DNA of 63,669 nt, filler included, from Klebsormidium nitens (Eukaryota; Plantae; Klebsormidiophyceae), in assembly GCA_000708835.1 (NCBI GenBank). It is 6 parts of 6 records of this genome, joined end to end, with 100 filler letters (N's around TTAATTAATTAA, not from the genome) between each part and the next. Parts side by side here need not be neighbours in the genome. Positions count along the whole stretch, not along the records: positions 16,034 to 27,667 come from DF238133.1; positions 27,768 to 48,597 come from DF237924.1; 4 more parts are not named here. The stretch is one strand, 5' to 3'. Under the pieces are notes generated by a model, which did not search any database, was not told the origin of the DNA, and was given only the letters and a program-made list of their open reading frames with translations. Positions 22,408-36,100 of the stretch are shown here, one piece after another. Both the position numbers and the translations under genes were made by a program. How positions within the stretch are numbered: the stretch's first letter is position 1; each line of letters starts with the position of its first letter.

Positions 22408-25400
22408 TTAAGGGGGCTGGGGAAGAGAGGGCCGTCGGGTGCCGGGAGTAGAGCTGGGAGGGGTCGTGAGCTTCGAAAGAACCATTTTGGCCTCCTTGCG
22501 CAAACCCGCTACAGAAATTTCCCTATCCCTTTCCCTATCCTCGAATGCGATCCGTGCCTTTGCCCCATTTTCTTTGAAGAGAACTTGCACGACGTGCACG
22601 TCCTCAACACCCTCGGGGGGCCCGAAGTAGTCTGTGGCGCCCCTCTTGGCAGCCCAGTACGCTGACACGTGGACGACCACTGTGTGGCACGTCTCGACTC
22701 GTCCGTACACGTCGGCGGCGTGCAACTTCGGGTACCCACGTCTCATGTGCTCCAGGATGTCGGCCCTCCCAGCGAACGCAATCAGCTCGATCGCGAAGGG
22801 CCTGATAGTCCCAAGCCGATGTGGAAGGGGCCAGCAGAGGAAGTCGATCCGTCTCCGCACATTTCCCGAAGTAGTCGTTATGTTCCTGGCCTCGGCGACT
22901 AGGCTGTGGAGAGGCAAAGGACACATGAAACAAACACTGAGAGGATATTTTACATGCTGAATGAGGGATACTACGGAAAATACTAGACACACTGACTTCA
23001 CTTTTCTCTGCTTATGACGTCAAACAGTCTAAGGAAAGATTATCCTTGAGAAAGAATGGCAAGCCCCTGAGCATCTTTTCCCTCTTGGCCTGTCCATTCT
23101 CTTCCTGGGCACTGAAAAGAAGATGCATACCGAAAAGGTCGAAAAGAAGACCTTACACTTCAACAACGGCCGACCAGACAAAGAACACAAGGAGATGGCT
23201 TGGCAGAGATATGCAGGGTCGACATTCCTCACCCACCCTATGAAGTGCAGGCGAAGGAAAGATGAAAGAAGGGGCCAATTCTCATACCTGAAGAATTGGA
23301 CCTTTTCGGTCTTCCGGAGCAGCTGATTCAGTATCAACCAGAATTGGCCTTGCAGTGCGTACTCCGACGGCTCCCCCGACACGTTTGCTGCTTTGTGACA
23401 TGCAATGGTGGCCCAATTCAGGTTGCGCACCGTCTGCAAGGCGTAAACAGGGTTGTAAACACCTGAAGAGTCAACATTCGTGTATGGACGCAAAGGTTTT
23501 CAAATGCACAACCTTTATGCAGCGCACTCAACAATGCTGCCTAGAGTGGAAATTTGCTGGTTGGACAGGTGATATCAGTGTGGTCCAGAAACTGCATCGG
23601 ATTGTGCCAAGAACCAGTGTCGGCTTTATCTTAAATTTCGGTGTACAGTGCGCTTTTACTGGCGATTGTCATGGAAAGAGCCAACTTGAAATCGGCTTGC
23701 TTAAAAATGGTGCCTTGACTGGCCTTGCTGCGAGTCTGGAAAAAAAGTGACATGATTGGGTGCTCATGCTTGAACTGAGTCAACTTCGTAACACCCGCCT
23801 GATTTGTGAAGCTGCACTTTGCATTGTGGCGTTCTAGTCACCGTCCCACAAAACTTGGACCCGCCGGAAGGGCAAATGTACACCAAGGGAGGGTTGGCCG
23901 TATCTAACACTATGACATGTCTGCGAACGAACAAGATCCCAACACATTGAAGCTTCCGACTATTATTCAAAGGAAAAGCTTTTCTAACGAAGCCACGTTA
24001 CCTCAATCACAAGGAAGTCGATGTACTCCAGGTACTCTGCGGGGGCAGGCTCGCACTCAACCACGTCGCGCACCATGTTCGAGAAGATGCAGCTGCTGAT
24101 CAGTGGGGATGCGAGCGCGAGGGTCACCGGGGACTTCGCCTGGGCGACTGCCGCTCTCCGGTAGCCAAACTCGCTCGATTCCCCATGCGGTTCTTCCACA
24201 AGAACTCCTTCTGCTAGCAACGGCTCTGCGATCTCTTGCACCTGGTCAGCTGGCACAGTTGCGGTTCCATTATAGAGGACGGAGCTGAGGAGCTCGAGCT
24301 GGGCTGGAGTGGCTTGGAGAGCACTCTGGACTGTGGCTCGAAAGACAGTAGACTGAGCGATGTAGGCAGGCAGGTCTGTCCTAAGGTATTGCAGCCACTG
24401 CTCTACGACGAGGGGCCCGTCTAGATTCTTTTCTAGAAGCTGCTTGGTCTGCAACGCCATGAGGCACGCGATGGTCTGGCCCTTGTGGCCCCTGGTTTTC
24501 TCGAAGATGGACTCTGCGATCCTCTGCAGGTCCTGCAGCGCAACCGGCCTCTTCGCGAGCTCCTCTCTGCACAGCTCGGCGTATTCTTCCAGCAGCTGGA
24601 CGACGTCTTCAATAGAAAAGCGCCTGAGGCCCCTGATCACTTCAGGACCTGTTGCCAACAGGAACGGCGACGTCCGGAAAATGGCGCTGCAAATGAAGAA
24701 TATAGATTGAAGACCGGCTCAGGTTGGACATTGAGCCACTGAAAACAGACGTACACGGAGGAGAAACCAGGCAGAGTGAAACTCGGCTTCATAAGACACT
24801 ACCCACTTCTGAGCGTCGTTCGAGTCGATAATGAGCACTTCAAGTCTTATCAAAGACCTGGTGACTATCCATTCTCGGCAAAACCGCAAGTAATGACGAC
24901 TTCGACTGACAAGGCACTTTTGACCCTTGAAAGCATCCGCTTCTTCTGCTACATAGCAAAGACCACCTTCTGGAGCAAACCGACTCAACCAGGACAGGAT
25001 GTGCGCACGAAAAGTGTGTTGGTAACTGAGCAGCCAAAGGTCAGGATACCAAGACGTAACCATTTTGAAAGACAAGCTTACACTCTGCCTTTATGACCAA
25101 GCAATGAGCTAGTCAACTATTCAAGAGTGACCAGACGGCATGGTTTCCAGAGCCTTACCCAGCAGGCCCCGGTCTTCCCTCATTGAGCTCGTCAACAATC
25201 CGCAGCACCGTGAAGGTGCCGAAGAAAGCGACTGAAAGTAGCCGGTGCTGCCTGCGCGTGGCGGCCTCGCGCAGGTCCCGGAAGCAGTGCATGAGGCTCG
25301 CACGGTTCATGATGGAGGCCTTCGCCAACTCGGAGGCTTCATCGACGCACAGCACAATCAAGGGATCAGTCGGCCTGACCCACTGGAAGAGGCTCGCAAA

Positions 25401-27338
25401 CCCCGCGGCGGAATCTGTCGTGTCTAGATGTCGCACCAGCAGCCCCTGAGATTTCCGAACGACATCATCAATCACATACTTCCAGAATGCTGTTTCGGAC
25501 TCCTGCAATGACAACAAGCAATCGTTTACCGAGTGCTCTGGCAGCTGTGTCTACACGAGCAAGAACAATCAGCGAAAGCAGGGCAGCAAACACAATGAGG
25601 AGGGGCGAGTGCTCAAGAGATTACAAGAGGATCCCAATCGCTGCACCACCTCTAGATCTTTCTCAGCATTTGACACAAAGTCATGGATGGGGAACCTTGT
25701 TGTAGATGTTCAAGTCTGAATTTGAGATCCTGGTGCCAGAGGATCACCTGTCCGTGCATCTCCAAACCCCACCCAAGCGTGACTGCAATTACCCTGACTT
25801 CGCTTTCGCCCCTGATCGTGTCTACTGAATGTCCGTGGAGCAGGTCCACGACCTCCTGTTTCAGCGTCGTCTTTCCTGCTTTCCTGACATCTGCAATGAG
25901 CGGATACTGCCCCTTCTTGATGATCTCAATGACCTGCGGGGCCTCTTCCGACTCTCTAAAGAACCCCTCCTTATCAATCCCATCTTGGAGACTGAAGACC
26001 TTCATTCTTCTGCAGGCTCTTTTTGGAGGAGGTTGAAAGGCTGCAGAAAGGAAAATTCTTTCATGAGAACAATCCGACTAAGGATTACATAAAAGGCATG
26101 CGCCCTGTCGTTACAATCTCCAACCAACTGCTTCAAATCACACTACAGATTCCCCAAAGCGAAACAGCAGATTCTATGTTGCCCCGAAAATAGGGTTGGA
26201 CAGACACTGGAGTACAGTCCTGCATCAAGGCTTGACTACATGATAGAACAAAATGGGCAACTACCAGCGAAGAAAGCTTCAATGCAGGTGCTTTCTTCAA
26301 TCAAGACGCCGGCAACGCAACTCTAAGCGCTTAGACCCTTCTTGCAACAGAAAAGTGCAGCTACCGGAAACGAGCATGAGCTATAATAAAATGACCCCCT
26401 TGGGCAGGATTGGACGAAAAGCTCTTGCTTGCTGCTCAGCCAAAAAACGTCCCCACTGCAGAAGAAGCCTAGCATCCTCAGAAGAAAGGTTGAATTTGCA
26501 GACGATGTCTTGCAGTGAGGCTCCTCATATCGTCATTATGAATCCTGGCAGAAGGACAGGCTAAGCATTGCCTTCTAGCAACAGGCTGCCTTGGATGCTG
26601 CAACCAGGCAACTTCAGAGCAGACCACCCGGCTCAGGGATCATGTCAACTCATTCTGGATTGACGAGTGAAGCAGCCCTGGAAGAAGAGGGACATACTCC
26701 AAACAGGCACCACTACACTGGAAAAGGGGTGTGGATCGCTGCATCTACCGTCAACCAGAAAGCTCCCGCACTCTGCCCGACCGCAGGCATGCACGAAAGC
26801 AACCGCACAGGTCTGACTTCGGTGAAAATCTCGCTGAATGCTGCTCTATTGCCTCACGCAATCTCTGCTACCTTCGACTCCCAGACTCCAGATACACACA
26901 GCAACTTGAAATGGTTGAAAGAAAAGATTGTCCGATTCTTTTGGTCCAATAATTGAGCCCAAGGAATCATGCTCAACCAGAGCAGAGAAAGATCCTCAGG
27001 CAACTCGTGTCCTAAATTGCTAGCGGGGTCCTCCTTTAAGCCAACCTTCTGGAGACAGCTTAATCATGCAGAAACATCGTCCAGCCTGAAAGAGACTCCA
27101 GACGTGTCTCACCCTGTACCTCCTTGAAGGTATAGCTGCCACCGTGCACCGGGTCGTTGATGAGTATAGATATCACCTCCCCCTCCAGTGTCTCCGTTAG
27201 CTCTCCTCTGCCCCAGCATTTCGTCGTGTCAAGGTGCTCCAAAACATCCTTGCAGAGGCGTGGCGGGTTGAGGAGGGTGCAGGTCTCACCAGTGTTGTGA
27301 TTCCTGATCCTGATCCGGGGGGAGACGTTTGTCTCCAT
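22408..27338 (-). CDS. Crinkler (CR)-like effector: N-terminal header, P-loop ATPase, PD-(D/E)xK REase; 6 exons, 729 aa, apparently intact
   Basis: Exons 27338-27113, 26040-25748, 25502-25159, 24686-24002, 23433-23288, 22903-22408 sum to 2190 nt with consistent phases. Walker A IADVRKAGKTT, Walker B IVLCVDEAS, then TSPFL, FEKTRGHKGQT and PSEYALQGQFW. Nuclease core VAEAR...RRRIDFL...FAIELIA. Confidence 0.75.
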
Positions 27339-28329
27339 GTCCTATATGACAGTGGGCTCCACCAGCTAAGCAATGCGGCAAAGCTATACTGTACTAGATG
27401 CTGCACTGGCATGTAGCAAATGCCGAGTATGTCTGTGCTGCAACCCGGCAGCATTCAGCACCCTCTTGCAGAATCCTGGCTGCCGTTTTGCTTAGGGAGG
27501 GCTCGAGGATAAGGATGGTCCTGGCAAAATGGTGGAACCTGTGATGGTGAACCTCACACCATCACATGGTGAAGCTTTGGATAGGGTTTTCTGGGACCAG
27601 GGTGGGAACGGTTTGCAAAAAAGCGGTAATGGTAAGTGCTAGACCCTCGCAGCAGCCCCGGGCCCTTNNNNNNNNNNNNNNNNNNNNNNNNNNNNNNNNN
27701 NNNNNNNNNNNTTAATTAATTAANNNNNNNNNNNNNNNNNNNNNNNNNNNNNNNNNNNNNNNNNNNNGTTGCGCATGTCAGGCTGACCTCTCGTAGACAC
27801 TACGCTTCCGCTGCCCACTAGTGCTTGCTAGCTTGTCTGTGATCCGGGATCATACCTAGGTCACGTTTGGGGACTGGTTAGCTTGCGTTAGTGTAACTCT
27901 GAACCATTCGGGTACGGGAAACTAGCTCTGGGAGTATTTTGAAAGTTAGTGGTCTCGGTGATCCGGTGGCATTTCTAGTTCAATACACATACCTGATAAC
28001 ATGCAAAACCATACCACCCAAAATCATGCGAATATTGTGATTGATGGTGCGAGTCGACAGCAGGACAGGACGGACAGGAGATCGCCCTGTCCGTCGTCCC
28101 GGCCTATCTTTGACCATCCCACCCAATATGTGTGATTTTTGCGATTGATTGCATACATCGACAGGAGGACAGGAAAGACGGGACGGACAGGTGAGTCTCG
28201 TGTACGGGGCTTATGCTCGCCAGAGCGGGCCATTATCTGCATTATGTGACGGGTGGTGCGTACCTTGGATACATACATATTCGCAAGCTCGGCCGAAATC
28301 CGAAAACTTCATACACTATATCTGTTATA

Positions 28330-28610
28330 ATTTCTTTCTTCTCTGGGGAGGGAAACATAACAGATTAGCAGTATAGAGCTTTTTCTGTGGGATCCATTTG
28401 CAAATATGTATGTATGTAAGACCATACCCCGAAAAGTTGCAATATTGTAACTGACTTTTGGAGAAGAAAATATAACGGATTAGCAGTACGGAGTTCTTCC
28501 CCTCGACTCCAATTGCTAATATGTATGTATGCAAGGGCCGCAAGGCCATACCGAAAAAAGATGCAATATTGTTGTGCACTTTTTGAGAGAAGGGAATTTT
28601 AAGTAGGTAC
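28330..28610. repeat. Degenerate tandem repeat, period about 110 bp, next to a gap
   Basis: ATAACAGATTAGCAGTA / ATAACGGATTAGCAGTA and AATATGTATGTATG / TGCAATATTGT recur. Confidence 0.5.
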
Positions 28611-30199
28611 CATNNNNNNNNNNNNNNNNNNNNNNNNNNNNNNNNNNNNNNNNNNNNNNNNNNNNNNNNNNNNNNNNNNNNNNNNNNNNNNNNNNNNNNN
28701 NNNNNNNNNNNNNNNNNNNNNNNNNNNNNNNNNNNNNNNNNNNNNNNNNNNNNNNNNNNNNNNNNNNNNNNNNNNNNNNNNNNNNNNNNNNNNNNNNNNN
28801 NNNNNNNNNNNNNNNNNNNNNNNNNNNNNNNNNNNNNNNNNNNNNNNNNNNNNNNNNNNNNNNNNNNNNNNNNNNNNNNNNNNNNNNNNNNNNNNNNNNN
28901 NNNNNNNNNNNNNNNNNNNNNNNNNNNNNNNNNNNNNNNNNNNNNNNNNNNNNNNNNNNNNNNNNNNNNNNNNNNNNNNNNNNNNNNNNNNNNNNNNNNN
29001 NNNNNNNNNNNNNNNNNNNNNNNNNNNNNNNNNNNNNNNNNNNNNNNNNNNNNNNNNNNNNNNNNNNNNNNNNNNNNNNNNNNNNNNNNNNNNNNNNNNN
29101 NNNNNNNNNNNNNNNNNNNNNNNNNNNNNNNNNNNNNNNNNNNNNNNNNNNNNNNNNNNNNNNNNNNNNNNNNNNNNNNNNNNNNNNNNNNNNNNNNNNN
29201 NNNNNNNNNNNNNNNNNNNNNNNNNNNNNNNNNNNNNNNNNNNNNNNNNNNNNNNNNNNNNNNNNNNNNNNNNNNNNNNNNNNNNNNNNNNNNNNNNNNN
29301 NNNNNNNNNNNNNNNNNNNNNNNNNNNNNNNNNNNNNNNNNNNNNNGTACCATACTTCGGGAAATTTCTCCGAGTGCCCGGGTTATCGAAATGGTACACC
29401 TGGGTCCGTACCGGCTCCGAGCAAGCTTTCGACCTGCGTTACGACCCTACCGGACAACTTCGCTCTTTTGGATCCCGGGGATATGCCTTGCCGCTCTCTG
29501 ATTGGCTGGAATTTTAATCCGAACTTCATTTGCCTTGCTGGAACTCGTACTCTTTCTCCTTATCCCCGCTCAGGCAGCTCGCTGGGTGAAGTGAACTTGA
29601 ACTGTGCGCTTGTGGTGATCCAAGCTAGGGGTAAAACTCTCTTCAGAGGCTTTGTCACAGGCTTCCACAGTTTGCTGGAGGAGACCGCTCCAAGGGCCTT
29701 TCAAGATGAGTGTCGTCGCTTACGGTGTGGTGAACCCGCTGAAGTTTAGCGGTGAGACCACACAAGACCGGTGGAGAGATTGAACTCCTTGGACTCAGTT
29801 GTTCTGTTTGCTTCTGTTTCGTACTGCTCACGTCTGCAACATGCGCTTTCTGCTTCGTGACTATCACCATTATCATTTGGAATACAATAAAAAGTGAATG
29901 ATGTCATCCTTGCTCAAAGAAGGTTTCCGTTGTCGGTCTATCTTTGCTCTCTGCTCTCTGAGGCTCTCTCTCACTCTCCTCCCTCCCTCTTTCAAACTGA
30001 CTGTAGCGTAGTCATTACAGTCTTCTTTTAATCAAGAAATGACTGCAGCGTACAAGGTTGATCAACTCACGTGTAAGAAAGTGATGGTTCGCAACTCCAT
30101 GCGCTAACACAAAGTTTAGACACATCCAATGTCCAGCGAGCAGGTAACGACCGCCTTCTTGCGTTAAGGCTGTCTACCTGCATGAAGGAGGAAGTGCTT

Positions 30200-33100
30200 A
30201 TCTGGTTGTTTACCTAATTGCAACAGACTCCCTCTGAAACCAGAGACGTGTCATATGGGGGTAGCATGGGAGGTTTGTCCTTACCTGATGCTGCACCATT
30301 GCTGCAGGCGTGGGTGTCCGGGGGAGGCGCTGCACAGACGTTAGCAGGACCGCAAGAGGTAAGCTGTTTAGCAAGTCGCATGCAAGAACTTCATCGACCT
30401 CAGTGGGGTTGCTCATTTGCAGTGTCCACTTCAGACCCCGCACTGACGCAAAAGGAAGTAGCCAGAGGTCAAGCCATGGAGTGTCTTCCACTCTTTCTTG
30501 AGCAGCATTGAGTAGGAGTTCATCGCAGTTGGGATTGCAGTCATATGTCCATGTTGCGTCATTGATGATCGTTTCTGCCAACAGCTTCTGGACTGGCCGC
30601 AAGGGCGGTGGCGCAGCAGAATGGCAGCCCTCCAAGCACGGGTGAGATTGAGCTACTCAGAGCAGGTTGGAAGGACCTATAGAGAAGGGGACTTGGGCGG
30701 AGCAGGCTCCGCACTTCCAGGCGACATATCATCATTGCTGCGCTACGCAAGGAGAGCAGATTCTGAACAGAAGGCTTTCAGGCACTTACGGTTATGCACC
30801 CCACGTCTGTAAGTTGTTACAATTGTCAATGTTTGGTCTCCATGGATCCTTGCTAAGTAGGCTACTTGGGTCTCTGCTTTACAGGCGTTCCTACTACCAG
30901 CGACGGTCCTTCCCCCAGGACGCTGCTTCGACGCCAGAGAGGTGGGCTTGTCTTCTAGCGTCAATTGAGCCAGGCGTCCAGTTGGCCGCCCAATGGAGGT
31001 GTATGTCTTTGTAATCAGCCTTCTACGCCAGCCTTCTAAGCCACGTCTGATTACAGGTCACATGGTAGAACCACTGGCTACTGAGAAACTTGATGTCTTA
31101 CAAGAAGTGGTCAGGATCTTCATGGTCAGCCGTTCTGCTCCACTAGAAGCTTGTCAACCCTGCAGCTGCGGAGCGCGCGGAGAGGCGGCTTCGCGAGGAC
31201 TTGCTCGCTGCCAAACCGATTGGGATCAACGAGCACGGCAGACCCATTTACCGCAGGAGCCAAGTGGGCTTGGTAAGTCAGTTTCAACCTGTGATAGTTT
31301 GTTTGCCCGTTTTCTTAGAACTCTGTAGGCAGCCCCTACTAGGAGGACGATGGCCACTAGGTGGATTGCAGCTCAGCGCTCCACTTAAGAAGACCCGTTG
31401 AGGAACCACAACCTCATCAGTCCTCGTTTCCCTGTCAACCATGTCCGGTTGAACAACATCTATGAAAAAGCATTCAGATTCAATACACTATCTCTTGCAC
31501 ACCTTTGGACTCAAGAGTCTCGCTCGGATGTACTTGAGTAGCTTAGACTCATCAACTTGATTTCAATGTAACATATGCGATGGGAAGCGTCATGTTACTC
31601 TTGACGTTCCTAGTAGGCCTGAGCATTCCCTTATAAAAGACGAGTTGCATATACTATTAGGGTTTGTTGTAGATTGCAGTGAGCGTTGAACCAGTCGGAG
31701 TTCTCATCCCAGCGCCACTCTCCCTTACTATTCTATGTTGGTTGGCAGGCCGTCAACATTCCGGGAGAGGAGTATTGGTCGTCAGGCCGACGGTGCATGG
31801 AGATTGTCGGGGGGCTCGAGAAAGATACAGATACGGGCGCGGAAGAAAGGGGAGAGTCCAAGTCCTCAAACGAACCACCTCACAGGAGCGGACCTCTTCA
31901 ATCAGAGCAATCGATTGGCGTGTGATACAAGTGGCCTGTTGAGGTGAGTTTGCATTTCTAGGTTTTTCTTGAAAGAAGCTCAATTCAAGGATAGGCCTGC
32001 AAGTATGGAAAGGAAAGTGGTCCGACTTTGATTTGTAAGGGAGGCTTCGATGCAATATTCTTCCTTCCAATTCTGCTCGGGAGAGTTTGAAGCTCTTAGT
32101 TGACGGCTTGTTCACAATCTTGTAATATTCTGGTGCTTATGGCAGCCTCTTCTGACTTGTGCCCATTTCAAAGCCGGATGATTTGGTGAGCAAGTGATAT
32201 CTGAATGGTTGCTACGCCGTTTTCTGCGTGGTTCCTTGCAACGTAGAACTTTCTCTTACGTAAATAGCAGACGCTGTGTCCCCTTGTATCTCCTTTGTTG
32301 GCCCAACATCCCTGTGGAGTGTTCTGAAGGTATGGGCCAAACGCATCCGATGGCAAGGAACATGAAGTGCCTTTCTAAAGCCTGCCCTCGCAGTGCTGTG
32401 TTCAATGTCAACTCGGTGCTTGCCATGCCTATCGCAGGTTCTTATTCGCAGCGGTGGAGATTGACCCTCCAAAGGGGTCTAAAGAGCCACCAAAGGCGCT
32501 GCAGAATCCCATGTCTCAGGCCACTAGATCGTTCCTTGAGGAACAGAAGACCTTGTATATAAGTCTGGCGGTGATACTGGAACTTGATTACTTGACTAGG
32601 CTGAAACGGTCAAGTACATTAGTATGCATGCTTTCAGATAGGACTGTCTTGACCGGGGAGAAGATGTTAGAGTTCATCGAATCGTCTGGGAACGTTGAGA
32701 TATTCGAGGAGGTAAGCGCCGAGGAAGTTGTAGCGTATACTACCCTTAGGAAGGCTGAGGAGATGCCGGGCGCTGCTGCAACAGATTGTTTTGATGCGGC
32801 AATCGCAGAGTTTGCCATGAGGAAAAGTTCAGGCTGATCACTAGTGACATAAACTTACAATTGTACCCCAAGCTAATGACGGGGTGGTAGCTTCGCAAGT
32901 TGAGGGACTTATCTAGATCACATACTCAGATTTACGACAATCCATCATCAGAGTTTGCTTGCTTAGCGGTTATTGATCATGCTCGTTGGGGCATGTGCAA
33001 CTTAATGGCCCGGCACTGAATTTCATGTAATGATTGTCTTGTATGTGTAGTAGATATGCAAGTGCAACGCTTATCGAAGTGCCTCTTTGGTAAAGAGCTA

Positions 33101-36100
33101 TTGCAAGCATGCAAGCTACATGGGTCTATAATCTCCACGCAGTCTGACAATTTAGTACATAGAAAGCTACTCGCAAAGCGTCCTCGGCCCATGCTTTAAC
33201 CACATGATGCGCCACGTCGCTCGCACGGAGAATGCATCTTCGCTTTCTTTGGCAGGGTGCCATTCTCAAATTGAGTTCTGATACTATACCCACATAGTGA
33301 CGTTCAAGGATCAATACAATCGGTCACCTGTCAGACCGCCCACTGCACACACCGACGATGGATAGGAAACTCAGCGGGCACGCCAGGCCATCGCTGACTC
33401 ATGTCCATTCACGTTGTTCAGCTGACGAAATTGTGAGAAAGAGATATGCCATCATCGCATACATGGTCAACTGCAATGCCCACAATCGGGCAGATCACCC
33501 AGCCAAGCATCAAGAAAGTCGTTTTCTGATGTGAGGCCCTTGTTCGGTCAGCAGATTCGCTGATCGACCCCTCTTCTTCTTCAGTCTTGAAGTCTCTCTG
33601 CTTTTTCCTTTGGACCGCCCTCGTTTAGAAGAAGCCTTCGACTTGGGATCCTCCGACCTACCCTCTTGCTTGCTTCTCTTTTCAAGCCTAGCAGGAGCTA
33701 CGTCCTCCTCACATCTCTCTTCTTCTACCTCGCTGCCAAATCTGTGCCAGCCCCCCTCTTCATCATCGCTCTCAACTTCCTGTTTCCGCTTTCTATTCGA
33801 AGTTGAGGCTCGCGCTTATCGCCTCTCGTCATCTAGCCCTAACGCGTCTGCCTCTTCTTCAATCATGCTAACACTTTTGCTATCCTTGTCTGTCTTCTCC
33901 TTTATTGTGCCTTTCGTCTTTGAACTTTGCCTAAGACGTGCAGCAGCTTGCTCGTTGTCGCTCTCACGGCTACCTGACGCTTCCTTCCCGTCAACTCCTC
34001 TCGATAGACGGTTGGAAACGTCCGCAGGCTCTTCATCTTCCTCCTCAGCAGGGCCAGCTGCTTCAGGCTGCGGACGGAGAAGCCACAACTTCAGTACAGA
34101 TAATGGCGAGAGAATGTACCATCTTCAGATCTGAGCTGCTTAATTGCTTGGCTTATTATTGAAAGTGATGGGATGAACTAATGGAAAGCGACCAGACATG
34201 CTGTCTGAGTGTGCTCTGCACACGAGAGAGCTGATACAGCCTTCTTCTTGGGAAATCATTGGCACACAGCGAATGCAGAGATTAGCACAATCAACCGCGA
34301 AACTAAAGCTCACAAGCACTGCCTTCACACAAAGTGGAGTGAAGCAAACATAGATCTCAAGGTAGCCAACTTCAAAGCGGACTCACAGGATCCAAACAGA
34401 CAAACAGTTGTGACAATGAGGAAAGAAAGAAACAGAAATTTCGAGCTCACTTGTCAAAAAGGATCGGTGTCGAAGGCACACGCAACCATCTGCTGCTTCA
34501 GGAAGACCTTGGCAAGCAGCTTGCGGGTGTGGATGCTGTGCAGCTGCAGGAAGCGGTCCAGACCAACTGATGCGAGAAGGGGCTTGGAGGGGTCGAGAGC
34601 GATTGAGCGCACGCTGCTGCTGATGCTACCTACGAACCCGCCTGACTTCTTGCCTGTGAAAGAATGGGAGCATATGTATGAAGATATGTGAGAGCATTCT
34701 CTTGAAGAAGAGGGCTGTCCTTCTCTCCTCCACGATGTCAGAGACCTGGAGGAATCTTTGGACCTATATGATGAGGAGGACCTATATGACGTTTAGGAAG
34801 GGGCACTCACTTCTGCATGCGCGCCGGCAGGAGTAGCATGCTCTCCTTGAGGCAGAAGCTCTTTGGGGAGGGCAGGCTCGCATGACTTTGGCTCGTGGCG
34901 CATAGCCTGCAAACACAAGACGGCAGCATGAGAAGTGACTTAGCCGATCTCTCTCGCGCCAACTCGCAAAGGAGGCTGCATAGTTGCGCTCAACACTACC
35001 TTGGTCGGGGGTCGGTGCCAAAGAAACCTCCTGCAGGGAATGCTGCTCCAAATGAATGAACGGCTTAAAGCTCTGCCGCTATGATCGACATGACGTGGAT
35101 TGGCAGCATGCCTGCAGCTGAGCAACATTATTTTGTACCAAGGTTCTCCAATTGTACTTTGAAAGAGAACAGGCTTTTCTTGGTATCGAGCAAGGACCCC
35201 TGGAAGCATGTGATGATGCAGGTACCAGGGCTCTGCAATATTTACTTCCAAAAAAACAGGCTTTTCTTGGTACCGCGCAAAGGACCCTAAAAGCCTGTAG
35301 TCGATGGCGCATGTACCAAGATTCTGCGATTCTACTCTAGAAGAGAACATGCCTTTCTTGGTACCCCGGAAGGAAGCCACCCCAAGACCCTAAAAGCCTG
35401 TAGTTGATGATGCATGTACCAAGATTCTGCAATTTTACTCTAGAAGAGAACAGGCTTTTTTTGGTACCGAGCAAGGGACCCTGGAAGCCTGTAGTTGATG
35501 GCGCATGTACCAGGATTGTGCGGTTTTACTTTTAAAGAGAACAGACCTTTCTTGGTACAGCGCAAGCCCCCCCTGAAAAAAGCTTGTATTGATGGCGCTT
35601 GTATTGATGGCGCATGTACCAAGATTCTGCAGTTTTACTTTAAGAAAGAACAGGCTTATCTTGGTACAGTGGGAGAGCTGTATACAACCTCGTGTGCTGT
35701 GCCCCACGTGTTCTGATCTGACTTTGGAATCCATTGCCATTCCATTTCGGCCGAGCGGATGCACGTCGCAACGAACCTGGCTTTGGATGCTCGAAGGCAC
35801 CCCATCATGCTTCACATCCATGACCAGCCGCTGCCCCACTCCCCTGCCCTCCGTGAAAGCCGCTGCCTGCACAAATCGAAGCCAGACGTCCTTGCATACT
35901 CCTGGCGACTGCCCGCTTCTCGAAATTGCTATACTAATCACAGCGGAATTGGTCGTGTAGGGCAATTGCTAAGTCAGACAAAAAGGGCATGAGCCCTTAC
36001 TTTTCAAGTCCATATGTGGTCTGCGCCTGCTTATCCTGCTGCGCTATCTGACCAATGTCAGCTCTTAAGTGCAAGTCAATTGCATGCCTCAGAAGCTAGA

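Noticed and set aside
22408-22903. 2OG-Fe(II) oxygenase or TET-like domain
   Set aside because: There is no proper HxD...H triad. The segment splices in phase to the ATPase and fits a PD-(D/E)xK nuclease better.
24719-25075. 118-aa ORF as part of the CR gene
   Set aside because: It lies wholly inside the phase-consistent intron 25158..24687.
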